From: a virus
Lineage: Duplodnaviria > Caudoviricetes
Reading direction: 5' to 3' (one strand)
IMG/VR virus record: IMGVR_UViG_3300037067_015318
Location: 287-64,286 of that record
Length of the DNA: 64,000 nucleotides
Made by a program: the position numbers and the translations under genes
Shown: positions 20,185 to 30,330 of the stretch, piece by piece
Layout of the letters: each line of letters begins with the position of its first letter
Numbering within the stretch: the first letter of the stretch is position 1
The notes under the pieces: generated by a model
Databases searched by the model: none
What the model saw: only the letters and a program-made list of their open reading frames with translations
Told to the model about the DNA's origin: nothing

Positions 20185-21266
20185 TGAGTACTTACAATCC
20201 GAAGACCTATCGAGCAATACTCTCAGATATGGAAGCATGGATTATAGCAAACCAGGATCATATCACAGACTTCAATGAGGGGTCTGGTATTACATCGTTC
20301 ATTGAAGCTATCGCACAACAGATTGAGCAGATATTTCTACGAGGGAAGATTGGATTCACAAAGTACCTGCCCTTACTTCCTTTCTATGCCTTCGGGTTCA
20401 CTAAACTCGTAGGGGTAACAGCTTCAGGCGTAGTCAAGTTTTCCCGCAACGTAGCTACAGTGGACAGTGTTACCATTCCAATTGGTACACTGGTTTCGAC
20501 CTCGTCGGGACTGATCTACACCACCACCACGCTCGGTACAATCGCGGGAGGAGCAACAGAATCAGGAGATGTAAGCATCCAGGCTTCCGAGGTTGGGGCT
20601 GACTACAACGTCCCAGCTCACTCCGTTCTTGTGTTGACAACTCCTGTTGTGGGTGCTGACACTGTTGACAATGCACTTCCCATTACGGGAGGGACGGATG
20701 ATGAGTCAGACAATTCCTTCCAACAGCGATTCCGTGAGTACATACTGGGACTTGGCACCGGTAATATCTACGGGTTGATACGAGGTGCAAAGACGGTTAC
20801 AGGTGTCCATGCTGTTAGTATCGTAGAACACTTTCCCCCACTTTCGGGTTTGTATAATGTTTCGGTCTATGTGAGTGACAGTTCTGGGGATGCTACTCCT
20901 GAGATGCTTGAGGATGTCGAGGCTGTATTAGTAGGATCGGGAACAGTGTCTGATCCTGGGTACAAGGCTGCGGGAATCAATCTTCGTGTCATAGGTCCCA
21001 CGAAAGTGACTGTTGATGTGGAAGTGGACATTATAGATACAGGTGAGATCAGCCAAGCTACTATTACTACAAATGTCCAGACTGTTGTAACTGAGTATAT
21101 CAATGGCCTGACAATGGGTGAGGATGTAGTCTTCAATGAATTAGTACAAATCATAATGGGGGTTGCAGGAGTGTATGATCTTACACTTGTAGCTCCTGCT
21201 TCTAATGTGTCAGTGGGATCTTCACAGATTGCTCGTGTTGGTACGATAACAGTTACGTATTCGTGA
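20184..21266 (+). CDS. Baseplate J-like protein
   Basis: ASEVGADYNV and GGTDDESD.SF..RF motifs. Confidence 0.85.
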   Translation: MSTYNPKTYRAILSDMEAWIIANQDHITDFNEGSGITSFIEAIAQQIEQIFLRGKIGFTKYLPLLPFYAFGFTKLVGVTASGVVKFSRNVATVDSVTIPIGTLVSTSSGLIYTTTTLGTIAGGATESGDVSIQASEVGADYNVPAHSVLVLTTPVVGADTVDNALPITGGTDDESDNSFQQRFREYILGLGTGNIYGLIRGAKTVTGVHAVSIVEHFPPLSGLYNVSVYVSDSSGDATPEMLEDVEAVLVGSGTVSDPGYKAAGINLRVIGPTKVTVDVEVDIIDTGEISQATITTNVQTVVTEYINGLTMGEDVVFNELVQIIMGVAGVYDLTLVAPASNVSVGSSQIARVGTITVTYS

Positions 21267-21278
21267 TAGGAGAGGGTT

Positions 21279-22439
21279 GTGTCACAGATAACTGACTTGA
21301 ACAAATACATGCCTACTGACCTTGATAAGACAACCATTGAATATACTGCGATCTTTGGGAATGAAGTTTTTACACCTGTAGATCCTATTGATGAATCTGC
21401 AGACTTCAATTGTGGAGCTGTAGCCAATGAGCTTGAATATGTTAAAGGGTTCATTGATTATATTACAAGGTCAGGAATTATTGATGAGTTCTATGGTGAG
21501 TACCTCGACCGAGTAGTATACTACTTCACGGGAATTCGTCGCATCCCAGGGGAGGATGATGCTTATTTACGAATCAGGTTCAAGTCACTCATACATCGAA
21601 GATATAATCCCAGTTGGATTACGAAGTGGATGATACGAGATGTGTTCTCATACTTCGTCTCGGAAGAGGGTATGTATGTCATCGAGAACTACATTGAGAC
21701 AAACCTCATAACCGATCCATCATTCGAGTTGAACCCAGCACTTAACTGGACGAAGTATGAGCCGGGGAGCGCGACGATAATATGGAATACTTCCGAAATG
21801 TTTGATGGTGGTAAATGTGCTGAGATGGCAATGGTATCTGGATCACTTTTGTCATTATCGCAGACGGTATCTTCCATCGTCGAGGGGATGCACGTACTTT
21901 CATTCTATACAAAGGATGACGGTACCTTTGGCGGTACAATTCCTCTCCAGGTTGCTCTACAGCGTTCCTCCGATTCATATTATTACAATTTCACTACGCA
22001 GGAATGGCAATCTGCTACGTCCTACTGGTTGATTGCAAAGAATGAAAGTACTCGATATGAACCTCAGCAGGCGTTTGTAGACATTCCCTTGGGGATGGCT
22101 GGGCAGGATGTTACATTGTTCTTTCATAACGTCCCAGGTGCCCCGGGCAGTTATTCGGTGTACATTGATCTTGTAGAGTTTGGATCCATCCTCCCGAACC
22201 CTTCTGTGGAGGTTGTTATTGTAGGTGGTATCTCTACAGGGGAAGAATACATTAGTATTGCAGAGGGAACAGTGGATCCTATAGTAGGACTTGACTACGA
22301 TATTGCCAGTTATCTTGGACATGATTTTTTGTCAGGGTTTTCTGGAGGCAGCATTACATACTTTGATGAGCTTCTACAGATGGTTAAGCCCGCGGGTGTA
22401 CAGTCACGTGTCCGAGTTGTCGAAAGATCTGTCGTGTAA
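21279..22439 (+). CDS. Baseplate wedge protein (gpI-like) with inserted carbohydrate-binding-like domain
   Basis: GEYLD, PGEDDAYLR and VKPAGV motifs; internal NLITDPSFE domain. Confidence 0.6.
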   Translation: MSQITDLNKYMPTDLDKTTIEYTAIFGNEVFTPVDPIDESADFNCGAVANELEYVKGFIDYITRSGIIDEFYGEYLDRVVYYFTGIRRIPGEDDAYLRIRFKSLIHRRYNPSWITKWMIRDVFSYFVSEEGMYVIENYIETNLITDPSFELNPALNWTKYEPGSATIIWNTSEMFDGGKCAEMAMVSGSLLSLSQTVSSIVEGMHVLSFYTKDDGTFGGTIPLQVALQRSSDSYYYNFTTQEWQSATSYWLIAKNESTRYEPQQAFVDIPLGMAGQDVTLFFHNVPGAPGSYSVYIDLVEFGSILPNPSVEVVIVGGISTGEEYISIAEGTVDPIVGLDYDIASYLGHDFLSGFSGGSITYFDELLQMVKPAGVQSRVRVVERSVV

Positions 22440-22451
22440 GAGGAGGGGATA

Positions 22452-25400
22452 ATGAGTGGGATCAACGTATCTCAGTTTTATGATAACGAGATAATCAAGA
22501 GGAACGATCTCGAGTTCTCAGAAACCAGCGAGGTAGGGAACCTTGATACTGTACTCCTAAATCTGGTGTTGTCCGCTGCCTCAAAGAACGCGATCCTTCG
22601 AGGATTGACAGTACAGGAGTGTTCGGTTCCTTCCATGAATGTCGATATTACAGAAGGGATGATCCTCGATAACATGCTGGGTATTATTATCGACAATCCT
22701 GCTATACAAGGACCCATTGCCATTGAGGCAGCTGATCCCTCTTACGACAGAATTGATATCATCCAACTACGGCGCGTGCTCACTGGGTATGATGAGGAAC
22801 AACGAGCATTCCGGGACCCTTATACTGGACTCATCACATATGTGGATGTCGATACAAAGGGAGCGTACGTAGCGGAGTTCGTTGTCAAAAAAGGTACAGC
22901 AACAGGTTCTCCTGTTGCTCCCACGGTGGATGCAGGGTATGTGAAGATCGCAGAAGTCCTTGTTGGGGCAGGCGTAACTTCAATCGTGGATACTAACATC
23001 AGAAATTGTACGGCAGTTTCTGATGGTGACGAAACCACACTTTGGACTACTGAAAAGACATCAGCGTTCCAGATTGGTAATGTTTCTACTATGAGAGAGT
23101 CCCTACTTGCTCATATCGCAGAGGGAGGCGGGGATGGAGTGCATGGAGCAGATTCTGCTAACACCGCTGGTGCAGTTGTTACTCGTGATGCTAGTGGCGA
23201 ATTTTCAGCAGGAGCTCTTGTACTGTTAGGAGGAGAGGGGTTTCTACAGGGAGTACGCGTTGGGAAAGGTGGAGGATCCATTGCTTCCAATACTGCCGTA
23301 GGATATGAAGCATTGGAGACGAACTCCACAGGGGCAAGTAACGTAGCTGTAGGATATTTGGCACTGAATTTGAATACCGTTGGCGAGTGTAATGTTGCTG
23401 TTGGATTCCAAGCACTCCTTTCAAACACAACGGGTGTAAGCAATGTTGGTATCGGTTGTGAGGCTCTGAAGGAAAATACCACAGGATCGAGTAACATAGC
23501 TGTCGGGTATCAGGCGATGACATTGAACACTGTAGGTATTCGGAACGTGGCTGTTGGCCATCGCAGCCTAACTGCAAATACGACGGGTACTGACAATGTC
23601 GTAATTGGGTATCAGTCAATGCTTGTCAATACAATAGGTATTCAGAATACTGCGCTTGGTACGCAGACCTTACTGTCAAATACGACAGGAGTAGGTAACG
23701 TTGCAGTAGGTCATCAGGCAATGTACTTAAATACCACGGGGTCCTACAATGTAGCAGTAGGGTATAAGGCGTTGTATTCAAATGTTAGTAGTATAAATAA
23801 TATCGCTATTGGATACCAAGCTCTTTACTTGAATACTGTAGGTAGTAACAATATCGCTATTGGATATAGGACTCTAGCATCCTGTACTACAGGCGGCACT
23901 AATATTGCTATTGGAAATAATGCTCTTGCTACAAGTACCACAGCGCAGAGTAATCTCGCAATTGGATATAATGCTCTTAATAAAACTACGGTAGACAATA
24001 ATCTCGCAATTGGTTACAACGCTCTTGCTATGCTTACCACAGGTAACTATAATCTTGCAATTGGTACGCTTTCTCTCGATGCGTGTACTACGGGTACTTT
24101 CAATGTTGCAATTGGAGCTCAGGCCCTAACCGCAAACACAATAGGATCATACAATTTCGCGATTGGGCCACTTGTTCTTAGAGCGAGTACCACGGGAAGT
24201 TTCAATATGGGGATTGGCTCCGAAGCTCTTGCTTCTTGTACCACAGGAGGATATAATCTTGCAATAGGCTGGCGTGCTCTCACAACAAGCACTATAGCAA
24301 ATTACAACCTAGCTATTGGATGTGAAGCCCTGAGGGAGAATACTACAGGACAGTACAATGTGGCAGTCGGATACCAATCACTGTGCGCGAATACCACAGG
24401 TGTCCGAAATACTGCTGTTGGGCATGCGTCCCTAAAGTCAAATACAACGGGTACAGATAATGTTAGTGTTGGCTACGAGGCTCTTCAAGCAAATGTTGGA
24501 GGGCGCTACAATGTAGCTGTAGGTACTGAAGTACTGAGACTCACCACGGTGGGTACTGAAAATGTTGGAGTCGGTTATCGTGCCCTTTATGTAAATGCCG
24601 GAGGGGCAGGCAATGTGGCTGTAGGTTCGCAAGCAATGTTGGCTAATGACATGGGGATGTACAATGTAGCGATAGGTACCTCAAGTCTACTTAGCAACAT
24701 CAATGGAAATATGAATATCGCTGTTGGATCATATGCTCTACAGTTCAATACGGTTGGGGAATATAACATAGCAATTGGGTATGAGGCATTGTGGAGTAAT
24801 ACTATATCCAGCACCGTAGCAATTGGGTATCAAGCTCTAAAAGCTAATACTACGGGAGTAGGAAATATTGCCATTGGCTACAGAGCCCTTGCAACGAATA
24901 GTACAGGTGGCAGTAACCTTGCCCTTGGCTATGAGGCGCTAGTTACCAATACTGCATCATACAATGTAGCTATTGGGTATCGGGCTTTGTATACAACTAC
25001 CACGGGCACTACTAATATTGGTATTGGCTATCAATCACTATATGCAAATACCTTTGGGATCCAGAATGTGGGTATTGGTCACAATACCTTGTATAGTAAT
25101 ACCACAGGTGCCGCAAATATAGCTATCGGAGTTGAGACATTGTACTCAAACACAATTGGAACCTCGAATATTGGCTTAGGTGTCAGAGCTTTACAGTTTA
25201 ACACTACGGGGTCTGACAATGTTGGTATCGGATATTTGGCACTATATACAAACACAGTGGGTCAACAGAACGTGGGTGTGGGAACTGAGACGTTGAAAGC
25301 TAATACTACCGGGTCCTACAACGTCGCGGTAGGGTACAATGCGTTGAAAGCGAATACTACGGGTGTCCAAAACATAGCTATGGGCCACTCAACTCTTCTC

Positions 25401-26219
25401 TTGAATACTATCGGTGATAGAAACGTCGCCATTGGCTTCTACACACTTGCGAGTAATACTACGGGAAGAAGAAATATTGCGGTTGGAGCGGAAGCCCTTA
25501 AGAACAATAGTGTGGGAACTGATAACGTAGCGATAGGAGATTATGCACTTATAGAGAATACTACTGGGTACAAGAATACAGCTGTTGGGTGCGGAGCCCT
25601 GGATGCAAACACTACAGGGTACTACAATGTAGCTATTGGTTCAAGTGCCCTCGGGGCTAATACCGTAGGTATTTACAATGTAGCAGTAGGGCACACAGCA
25701 CTTTCAGGCAATACTACAGGAACTGGTAACGTAGGTGTGGGAGAGAGTGCTGGCTCGAATATTTCTACTGGAACATACAACTTAGTTCTGGGAGCGAACT
25801 CACAGGCTAGCGCTGTTGATGTGAACAATGAGGTTTCCATCTATTCCGGTACCCAGTATGCTAGATTCCAATCGTCCGCAGGTGCGTGGAGCTGGGTATC
25901 TGACGAGAGGGACAAGACTGATATCGAAGTGTGCACTGCTGTTGGACTTGAATTTCTTAGAAAGGTTCCTGTCATGAAATATCGTTGGAACAACCGTGAT
26001 GGATCATACAAGTCCGATGACTGGGTGTTAGGATTCACAGCGCAGTCACTTGATAAAGCCGAATCAACACTTGACTTCCCAATCGGGCTTGTATCGAAGG
26101 CTGATCCGGATCAGTGGTTGATAGCAGATACGAAAATGATTCCAGTTCTTGTAAACGCAGTGAAGCAACTCGATGACAAAGTAGAAGCACTTTCCAGACA
26201 GGTGTCTGGTGTAATTTGA
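22452..26219 (+). CDS. Long tail fibre with 17-aa repeats and C-terminal intramolecular chaperone (Peptidase_S74-like)
   Basis: Tandem NxAVGxxALxxNTTGxx units; SDERDKTDI autocleavage motif. Confidence 0.85.
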   Translation: MSGINVSQFYDNEIIKRNDLEFSETSEVGNLDTVLLNLVLSAASKNAILRGLTVQECSVPSMNVDITEGMILDNMLGIIIDNPAIQGPIAIEAADPSYDRIDIIQLRRVLTGYDEEQRAFRDPYTGLITYVDVDTKGAYVAEFVVKKGTATGSPVAPTVDAGYVKIAEVLVGAGVTSIVDTNIRNCTAVSDGDETTLWTTEKTSAFQIGNVSTMRESLLAHIAEGGGDGVHGADSANTAGAVVTRDASGEFSAGALVLLGGEGFLQGVRVGKGGGSIASNTAVGYEALETNSTGASNVAVGYLALNLNTVGECNVAVGFQALLSNTTGVSNVGIGCEALKENTTGSSNIAVGYQAMTLNTVGIRNVAVGHRSLTANTTGTDNVVIGYQSMLVNTIGIQNTALGTQTLLSNTTGVGNVAVGHQAMYLNTTGSYNVAVGYKALYSNVSSINNIAIGYQALYLNTVGSNNIAIGYRTLASCTTGGTNIAIGNNALATSTTAQSNLAIGYNALNKTTVDNNLAIGYNALAMLTTGNYNLAIGTLSLDACTTGTFNVAIGAQALTANTIGSYNFAIGPLVLRASTTGSFNMGIGSEALASCTTGGYNLAIGWRALTTSTIANYNLAIGCEALRENTTGQYNVAVGYQSLCANTTGVRNTAVGHASLKSNTTGTDNVSVGYEALQANVGGRYNVAVGTEVLRLTTVGTENVGVGYRALYVNAGGAGNVAVGSQAMLANDMGMYNVAIGTSSLLSNINGNMNIAVGSYALQFNTVGEYNIAIGYEALWSNTISSTVAIGYQALKANTTGVGNIAIGYRALATNSTGGSNLALGYEALVTNTASYNVAIGYRALYTTTTGTTNIGIGYQSLYANTFGIQNVGIGHNTLYSNTTGAANIAIGVETLYSNTIGTSNIGLGVRALQFNTTGSDNVGIGYLALYTNTVGQQNVGVGTETLKANTTGSYNVAVGYNALKANTTGVQNIAMGHSTLLLNTIGDRNVAIGFYTLASNTTGRRNIAVGAEALKNNSVGTDNVAIGDYALIENTTGYKNTAVGCGALDANTTGYYNVAIGSSALGANTVGIYNVAVGHTALSGNTTGTGNVGVGESAGSNISTGTYNLVLGANSQASAVDVNNEVSIYSGTQYARFQSSAGAWSWVSDERDKTDIEVCTAVGLEFLRKVPVMKYRWNNRDGSYKSDDWVLGFTAQSLDKAESTLDFPIGLVSKADPDQWLIADTKMIPVLVNAVKQLDDKVEALSRQVSGVI
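23275..25790 (+). repeat. Degenerate ~51-bp coding tandem repeat, roughly 48-50 units by hand estimate
   Basis: Visible in the translation of 22452..26219. Confidence 0.8.
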
Positions 26220-26241
26220 ACCATAACTAGGAGGAAATGAA

Positions 26242-26919
26242 ATGAAAGAACGCAAAGAGGTGAACAAGGAACCGCAGATCAGGAGGATCATGATAGCAAC
26301 TCCTGCGTACAGTGGGACAGTCCACGTGCTGTATGTGGACTCGCTCCTCAATACGATGCGATCGGCGCCTCAGGGGTGTATGGTAACCCCGGTCTGGATC
26401 CCAGGAGATGCGCTCTTACAGCGGGCACGCAATTCCTTGTGTGCGATGGCAATAGAAGCTGAGGTGGATGACCTTGTCTTCATCGACTCGGACATGGCAT
26501 GGAACCCTCAGGGCTTCTGGAGGCTACTGTCCCACGACGTGGATATGGTAGGAGGCCTGATCAGACAGAAAAGGGAACCCGTCGTGTTTACGTTCCGTCC
26601 CAAGCCGGGTGAGGAGCCCGATACGAGGGGCTTGTTGGAGGTGAATTCGACAGGATGTGGATTCCTTCGTATCACTAAGAAAGCCCTTCACAAACTCTGG
26701 AATGCCTCCAAACCCTACAAAGATGGCCCTCACAATAGCCGGGCTCTCTTCGAAGTCGTCTACGAGAAGGGCGAGATCATATCAGAGGATATCGCCATGT
26801 GTCACAAGTGGAAGTCAATGAGAGGACAGGTCTACATTGACACTCAGGTGGCGTGTGGGCATATCGGTGAGATCCTTTACCGGGTTCCTACTGCTGCTGA
26901 GACTGAGAGGAGGAACTAA
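26242..26919 (+). CDS. GT-A fold glycosyltransferase-like protein
   Basis: IMIATPAY, LVFIDSD (DxD), TGCGFLRI, SEDI.MC and CGHIG motifs. Confidence 0.75.
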   Translation: MKERKEVNKEPQIRRIMIATPAYSGTVHVLYVDSLLNTMRSAPQGCMVTPVWIPGDALLQRARNSLCAMAIEAEVDDLVFIDSDMAWNPQGFWRLLSHDVDMVGGLIRQKREPVVFTFRPKPGEEPDTRGLLEVNSTGCGFLRITKKALHKLWNASKPYKDGPHNSRALFEVVYEKGEIISEDIAMCHKWKSMRGQVYIDTQVACGHIGEILYRVPTAAETERRN

Positions 26920-27246
26920 ATGAACGACTCCGAGAGAGACACACTTCTTAGGGACATCAGCGAAAACGTGGTTGAATTGAGGACTGTCATTCTCGGAGTC
27001 AATGGATTCCCGGGAATGCAAGGAAACCTCCAGACGCTGGTTGGTAAGGTTGAGGGGATAGAGAAAACTATCCCCACCTTGCAAACGAAGGCGGAATGTA
27101 CTGGTATCAGGAAATCCGCAGTGAGCCATGAGGAACATCATAAACTTACCCGACGTGAGTGGATTATGATAATGCTCACCAGTGTCATGGCTATAGGAAC
27201 AGTGGTGAGCATTTACATTGCTTTCACAGGAGGTGGAGGATGCTAG
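26920..27246 (+). CDS. Small membrane protein (XhlA/holin-like)
   Basis: Coiled region plus a single C-terminal TM segment. Confidence 0.5.
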   Translation: MNDSERDTLLRDISENVVELRTVILGVNGFPGMQGNLQTLVGKVEGIEKTIPTLQTKAECTGIRKSAVSHEEHHKLTRREWIMIMLTSVMAIGTVVSIYIAFTGGGGC

Positions 27247-27923
27247 TAGGTTCCAAATATGGGAGCATCCGGGATTATTATTACATTCAGACCAACAATG
27301 CCGTCGAGCATATCATCAAAGCCATCAAACAAGAAACGATTGACAAACTGATGGAGGTAGGGGTATCGCAGTCAATCATCGATCAGATAAAACTCCGTTC
27401 ATACCTTGAATCCTGCGGTGCGAATAGTGTTGTAAATGCATGTGCAAACCTTCTTGGCCCAAGCCTGCCGGGGATTCAGTTACCTTCCATTTTCCCCGGA
27501 TGGCCACGTGGACCTCAGCTTGATGACATCGCGATGCTTTGTTTCTCTGATCCGAATAACGCTGCTGAGGTGGTGAAGGCAATCAAGTGGATCGAAGGTG
27601 AAACTGTGATGGAAAACCGGTATATGCAGTTACATCCAGTCATCGCACGCATCATGTTCGGGATACACGCTGAGTGGGGTGAGTGTCGTACGTATCGGGA
27701 GATATACAATTCCATTACTGCTGGAAACTCGGTTGGGATCCTGTTACCCGGTCATTATGTTTCGGCTGGAATTGTAGACGACTTGACAGGGGATCTTCGC
27801 ATAAAGGATTCATGGCCCAATAGGAAGCCGGAATGGAAGGGCGACGGGTTTCTACAAGCACTCACGCAGGATGAGTTCAGTACTGTGAAACAGACTGTCG
27901 TATATTACAAACCAGGGAGGTGA
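27240..27923 (+). CDS. Papain-like (C39-type) peptidase; candidate endolysin
   Basis: Q(TNN), SCG, GHY and DSW catalytic-type residues in order; lies in the lysis cassette. Confidence 0.6.
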   Translation: MLVGSKYGSIRDYYYIQTNNAVEHIIKAIKQETIDKLMEVGVSQSIIDQIKLRSYLESCGANSVVNACANLLGPSLPGIQLPSIFPGWPRGPQLDDIAMLCFSDPNNAAEVVKAIKWIEGETVMENRYMQLHPVIARIMFGIHAEWGECRTYREIYNSITAGNSVGILLPGHYVSAGIVDDLTGDLRIKDSWPNRKPEWKGDGFLQALTQDEFSTVKQTVVYYKPGR

Positions 27924-27927
27924 GTAT

Positions 27928-28365
27928 ATGAATCTTTTGAAAGATGCTTTCGGGGACAAGTCGAGTGGGATTTTGATGATGGTAGTGATGTTCATCGCAG
28001 CCGTTGCCATCGCCAATGTCGGGGTGTGCTTCGGAATGGAACTCGGGCAGCTCTCCCTCCTTGTTTCTATCTTCCTCGTGCCTGTTGTCGGTGGGCAGAT
28101 TGGACAAGCTATACAAGGGCTACCATGTGTTCCAAGCTCTCCCAACGACAAGCCTCAGTCTCTAGGTGTATTCCATAACCCATTAGGAACGATCGACGTT
28201 GGGAGAGTTCTTAAGCTGGCTGCCGTACTTGTAGCGATGGAACTTGCTATTCTGTTGATAATACTCCGAAAGGATGCCAGTCTCACTGGGATCGCTGAGA
28301 TATGCGGGGTGTTCCTAGCATACTCGACAGCCAGTGAGATCGCACAGAAAGCAGGGCATGTATGA
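27928..28365 (+). CDS. Holin-like multi-TM protein
   Basis: About 4 hydrophobic segments forming two similar halves. Confidence 0.55.
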   Translation: MNLLKDAFGDKSSGILMMVVMFIAAVAIANVGVCFGMELGQLSLLVSIFLVPVVGGQIGQAIQGLPCVPSSPNDKPQSLGVFHNPLGTIDVGRVLKLAAVLVAMELAILLIILRKDASLTGIAEICGVFLAYSTASEIAQKAGHV

Positions 28366-28775
28366 GCTGGGATACGGTCAAAGTACACCTCCATTCGATT
28401 GGTGCGTGGGTACAGAAGCATTGGAAAGCACTCGTATATGGGATTCTAGGGGCACTAGGACTCATAACAGGTGTCTCCGTCTGGAGGAAGATACGGGTGC
28501 TATTCGATTCTGTCCCGGTGGGATCGTCGACAGTACAATGGATCAAATCAAAAGAAGATCCTACCTCCATTTCCGTTGTGGTTCCAGAGAGTGGTGAGAT
28601 TCGGAAGGTTACGTTACCGACAGGGCAGGTGTCTGATAGTATCACTTGTGTTGGATATGATTCTGACAAACATATCCTCATTGTGGAGGTTGCACATGAG
28701 AAAACTGACAGGCGTAATACTACTCCTATTGCTAACAGTGCCTTCGATACTCTCACAAAACGAAACCCCGATTGA
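28362..28775 (+). CDS. Membrane-anchored protein (spanin-like candidate)
   Basis: N-terminal TM; overlaps the next gene. Confidence 0.4.
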   Translation: MSWDTVKVHLHSIGAWVQKHWKALVYGILGALGLITGVSVWRKIRVLFDSVPVGSSTVQWIKSKEDPTSISVVVPESGEIRKVTLPTGQVSDSITCVGYDSDKHILIVEVAHEKTDRRNTTPIANSAFDTLTKRNPD

Positions 28776-29124
28776 CATTCCTTATGTCCCTCTGACAAGG
28801 GAGGAAGCGGAGAAATGGCTCAAATCTATTACGATGGATGAGCTCATTGATTTTGTGATCAAATACGATACAGTGGAACACTCAGTTCCCCGTTTCGATT
28901 CTTTCGACTACGTGGCAGTAGTCTCTGGTAGATCTGTTACGGTTATTCCTACTCCCACTGTGGTACAGGTAGATATTGCAACGTTACAATATCAGGTGAC
29001 CTTACCCGCGTTGCAATTCAATGATATCATCCCACAGTGTCCTTCATACTTCTGGAGGGATTTCGGGATTGGAGTGGGATCGGCGACAGCTGTTATTCTT
29101 CTCATGGTGGGACTTCTGAAATAG
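28696..29124 (+). CDS. Exported protein with C-terminal TM (spanin-like candidate)
   Basis: MRKLTGVILLLLL signal peptide; C-terminal hydrophobic helix; GGAGG RBS. Confidence 0.45.
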   Translation: MRKLTGVILLLLLTVPSILSQNETPIDIPYVPLTREEAEKWLKSITMDELIDFVIKYDTVEHSVPRFDSFDYVAVVSGRSVTVIPTPTVVQVDIATLQYQVTLPALQFNDIIPQCPSYFWRDFGIGVGSATAVILLMVGLLK

Positions 29125-29138
29125 AAAGGGAGGGTTGT

Positions 29139-29396
29139 ATGGCAACGCGAGCTAACAAGATTTGGACATTGGCTATCACAGAATCTACTGAGGAGATACT
29201 CGTAGATACTGTCAGGTGGGTGGCGGTGGGAGCAACAATAGGGGATGAGTGTATACTGAAAGATCCCGATGGAAACATTGTATTCCATTCTGTTGCTACT
29301 GCTGCCAATTTCGTGGATTCGTTCCACCTTAACAGGACTGTGAAACTCGTAGCAGATACACTCGATGCGGGAACAGTTTATCTCTATGAAGCATAA
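29139..29396 (+). CDS. Small hypothetical protein
   Basis: ORF with GGAGG RBS. Confidence 0.55.
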   Translation: MATRANKIWTLAITESTEEILVDTVRWVAVGATIGDECILKDPDGNIVFHSVATAANFVDSFHLNRTVKLVADTLDAGTVYLYEA

Positions 29397-29417
29397 GAGG
29401 GAGGTGATCATACATCT

Positions 29418-29447
29418 AATAGCGGGACATTTCCCGCTATTTATTTT
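29418..29447 (+). terminator. Intrinsic terminator ending the late operon
   Basis: AATAGCGGGA-CATT-TCCCGCTATT followed by T-rich run. Confidence 0.75.
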
Positions 29448-29542
29448 TGAAAATTACCAAAAAAGTAGTTGACTTTCTTTCCATTATATTATACAATTTC
29501 ATTATAGAGATTCATAAAAAGAATCTTACAGGAGGACAGAGA
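29445..29542 (+). repeat. Promoter/RBS cassette copy 1
   Basis: TTGACT(29469)-N17-TACAAT(29492) ... TCTTACAGGAGG; near-identical to copies 2 and 3. Confidence 0.9.
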
Positions 29543-29743
29543 ATGAAGGGAAGACGGATGGACATTCTGGACGCTAAGGTTTTCGTAAGTAAAGAAGTGG
29601 CGAGTATCAGAACCGCTGGGTTCGGTCATATGGAAGACGTTCTCAGGACGGCTCTTTTTACATGCGTTTCTGACACCGATTGGCGGGATAAGATTATTCC
29701 CGCACTGTTAAAATCCCATCCAGAATTGGGGGTGAGAGAATGA
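29543..29743 (+). CDS. Small hypothetical protein
   Basis: ATG after the cassette RBS; the ORF-track start at 29447 lies within the promoter. Confidence 0.55.
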   Translation: MKGRRMDILDAKVFVSKEVASIRTAGFGHMEDVLRTALFTCVSDTDWRDKIIPALLKSHPELGVRE

Positions 29744-30330
29744 AAACAACTACCATCAACTTCAATGCATCGAAAGAGGATCGGGAGAAACTCGATCAAA
29801 TTGTCTCCCGATTCCAAACCGACTATCAGTCTCGTACGGGTGTTCCTCCCGCGGATCCTCTTTCAGTAAACATGGACTTGACTGTCACACACCTCAACGG
29901 AACACCACTTGATCTTGACAAACTCCTCGCATCCGACAACTTCAACTTTCTCCACGATGTTATGGGGATTATTCGCCACCTAAACCGAACCACAGGGAAA
30001 CTTAAAGATCACTTCCTTCCTCGATGTGCAAGGAAAGACAGTGCCGAGGATATTTTTCAGGGTATCAAAGTCAACTTTCTCGATATAAGCACTGGGGAGA
30101 TCCGGCAGTATTCCTTACAGAGAGGAACACTCAAGCAACAACTGAAAAGACTCCGGTATCGGATACGGAAGGTTGAGGAGGTGTACTGCGGGCTCGAAAT
30201 CGAGTTTTCAGGGTTCGGTCCTGATTACGAAATGTGGTCAGGTACGTATTCCTCTGAGGAAGGATACAAGCTTCTGCGAGCCAAATTGCAGGAACTAAAT
30301 TCAGGGTACAAGGAGTGGATGCAGAAATGA
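29740..30330 (+). CDS. Conserved phage hypothetical protein (N-terminus resembles DUF6874)
   Basis: MDL...HLNGTPLDLDKLL.SDNFNFLHDVMGI motif; family name from recall. Confidence 0.5.
   Translation: MKTTTINFNASKEDREKLDQIVSRFQTDYQSRTGVPPADPLSVNMDLTVTHLNGTPLDLDKLLASDNFNFLHDVMGIIRHLNRTTGKLKDHFLPRCARKDSAEDIFQGIKVNFLDISTGEIRQYSLQRGTLKQQLKRLRYRIRKVEEVYCGLEIEFSGFGPDYEMWSGTYSSEEGYKLLRAKLQELNSGYKEWMQK

Noticed and set aside
22452-26219. Diversity-generating retroelement targeting the tail fibre
   Set aside because: No reverse transcriptase or template/variable repeat pair seen in the window
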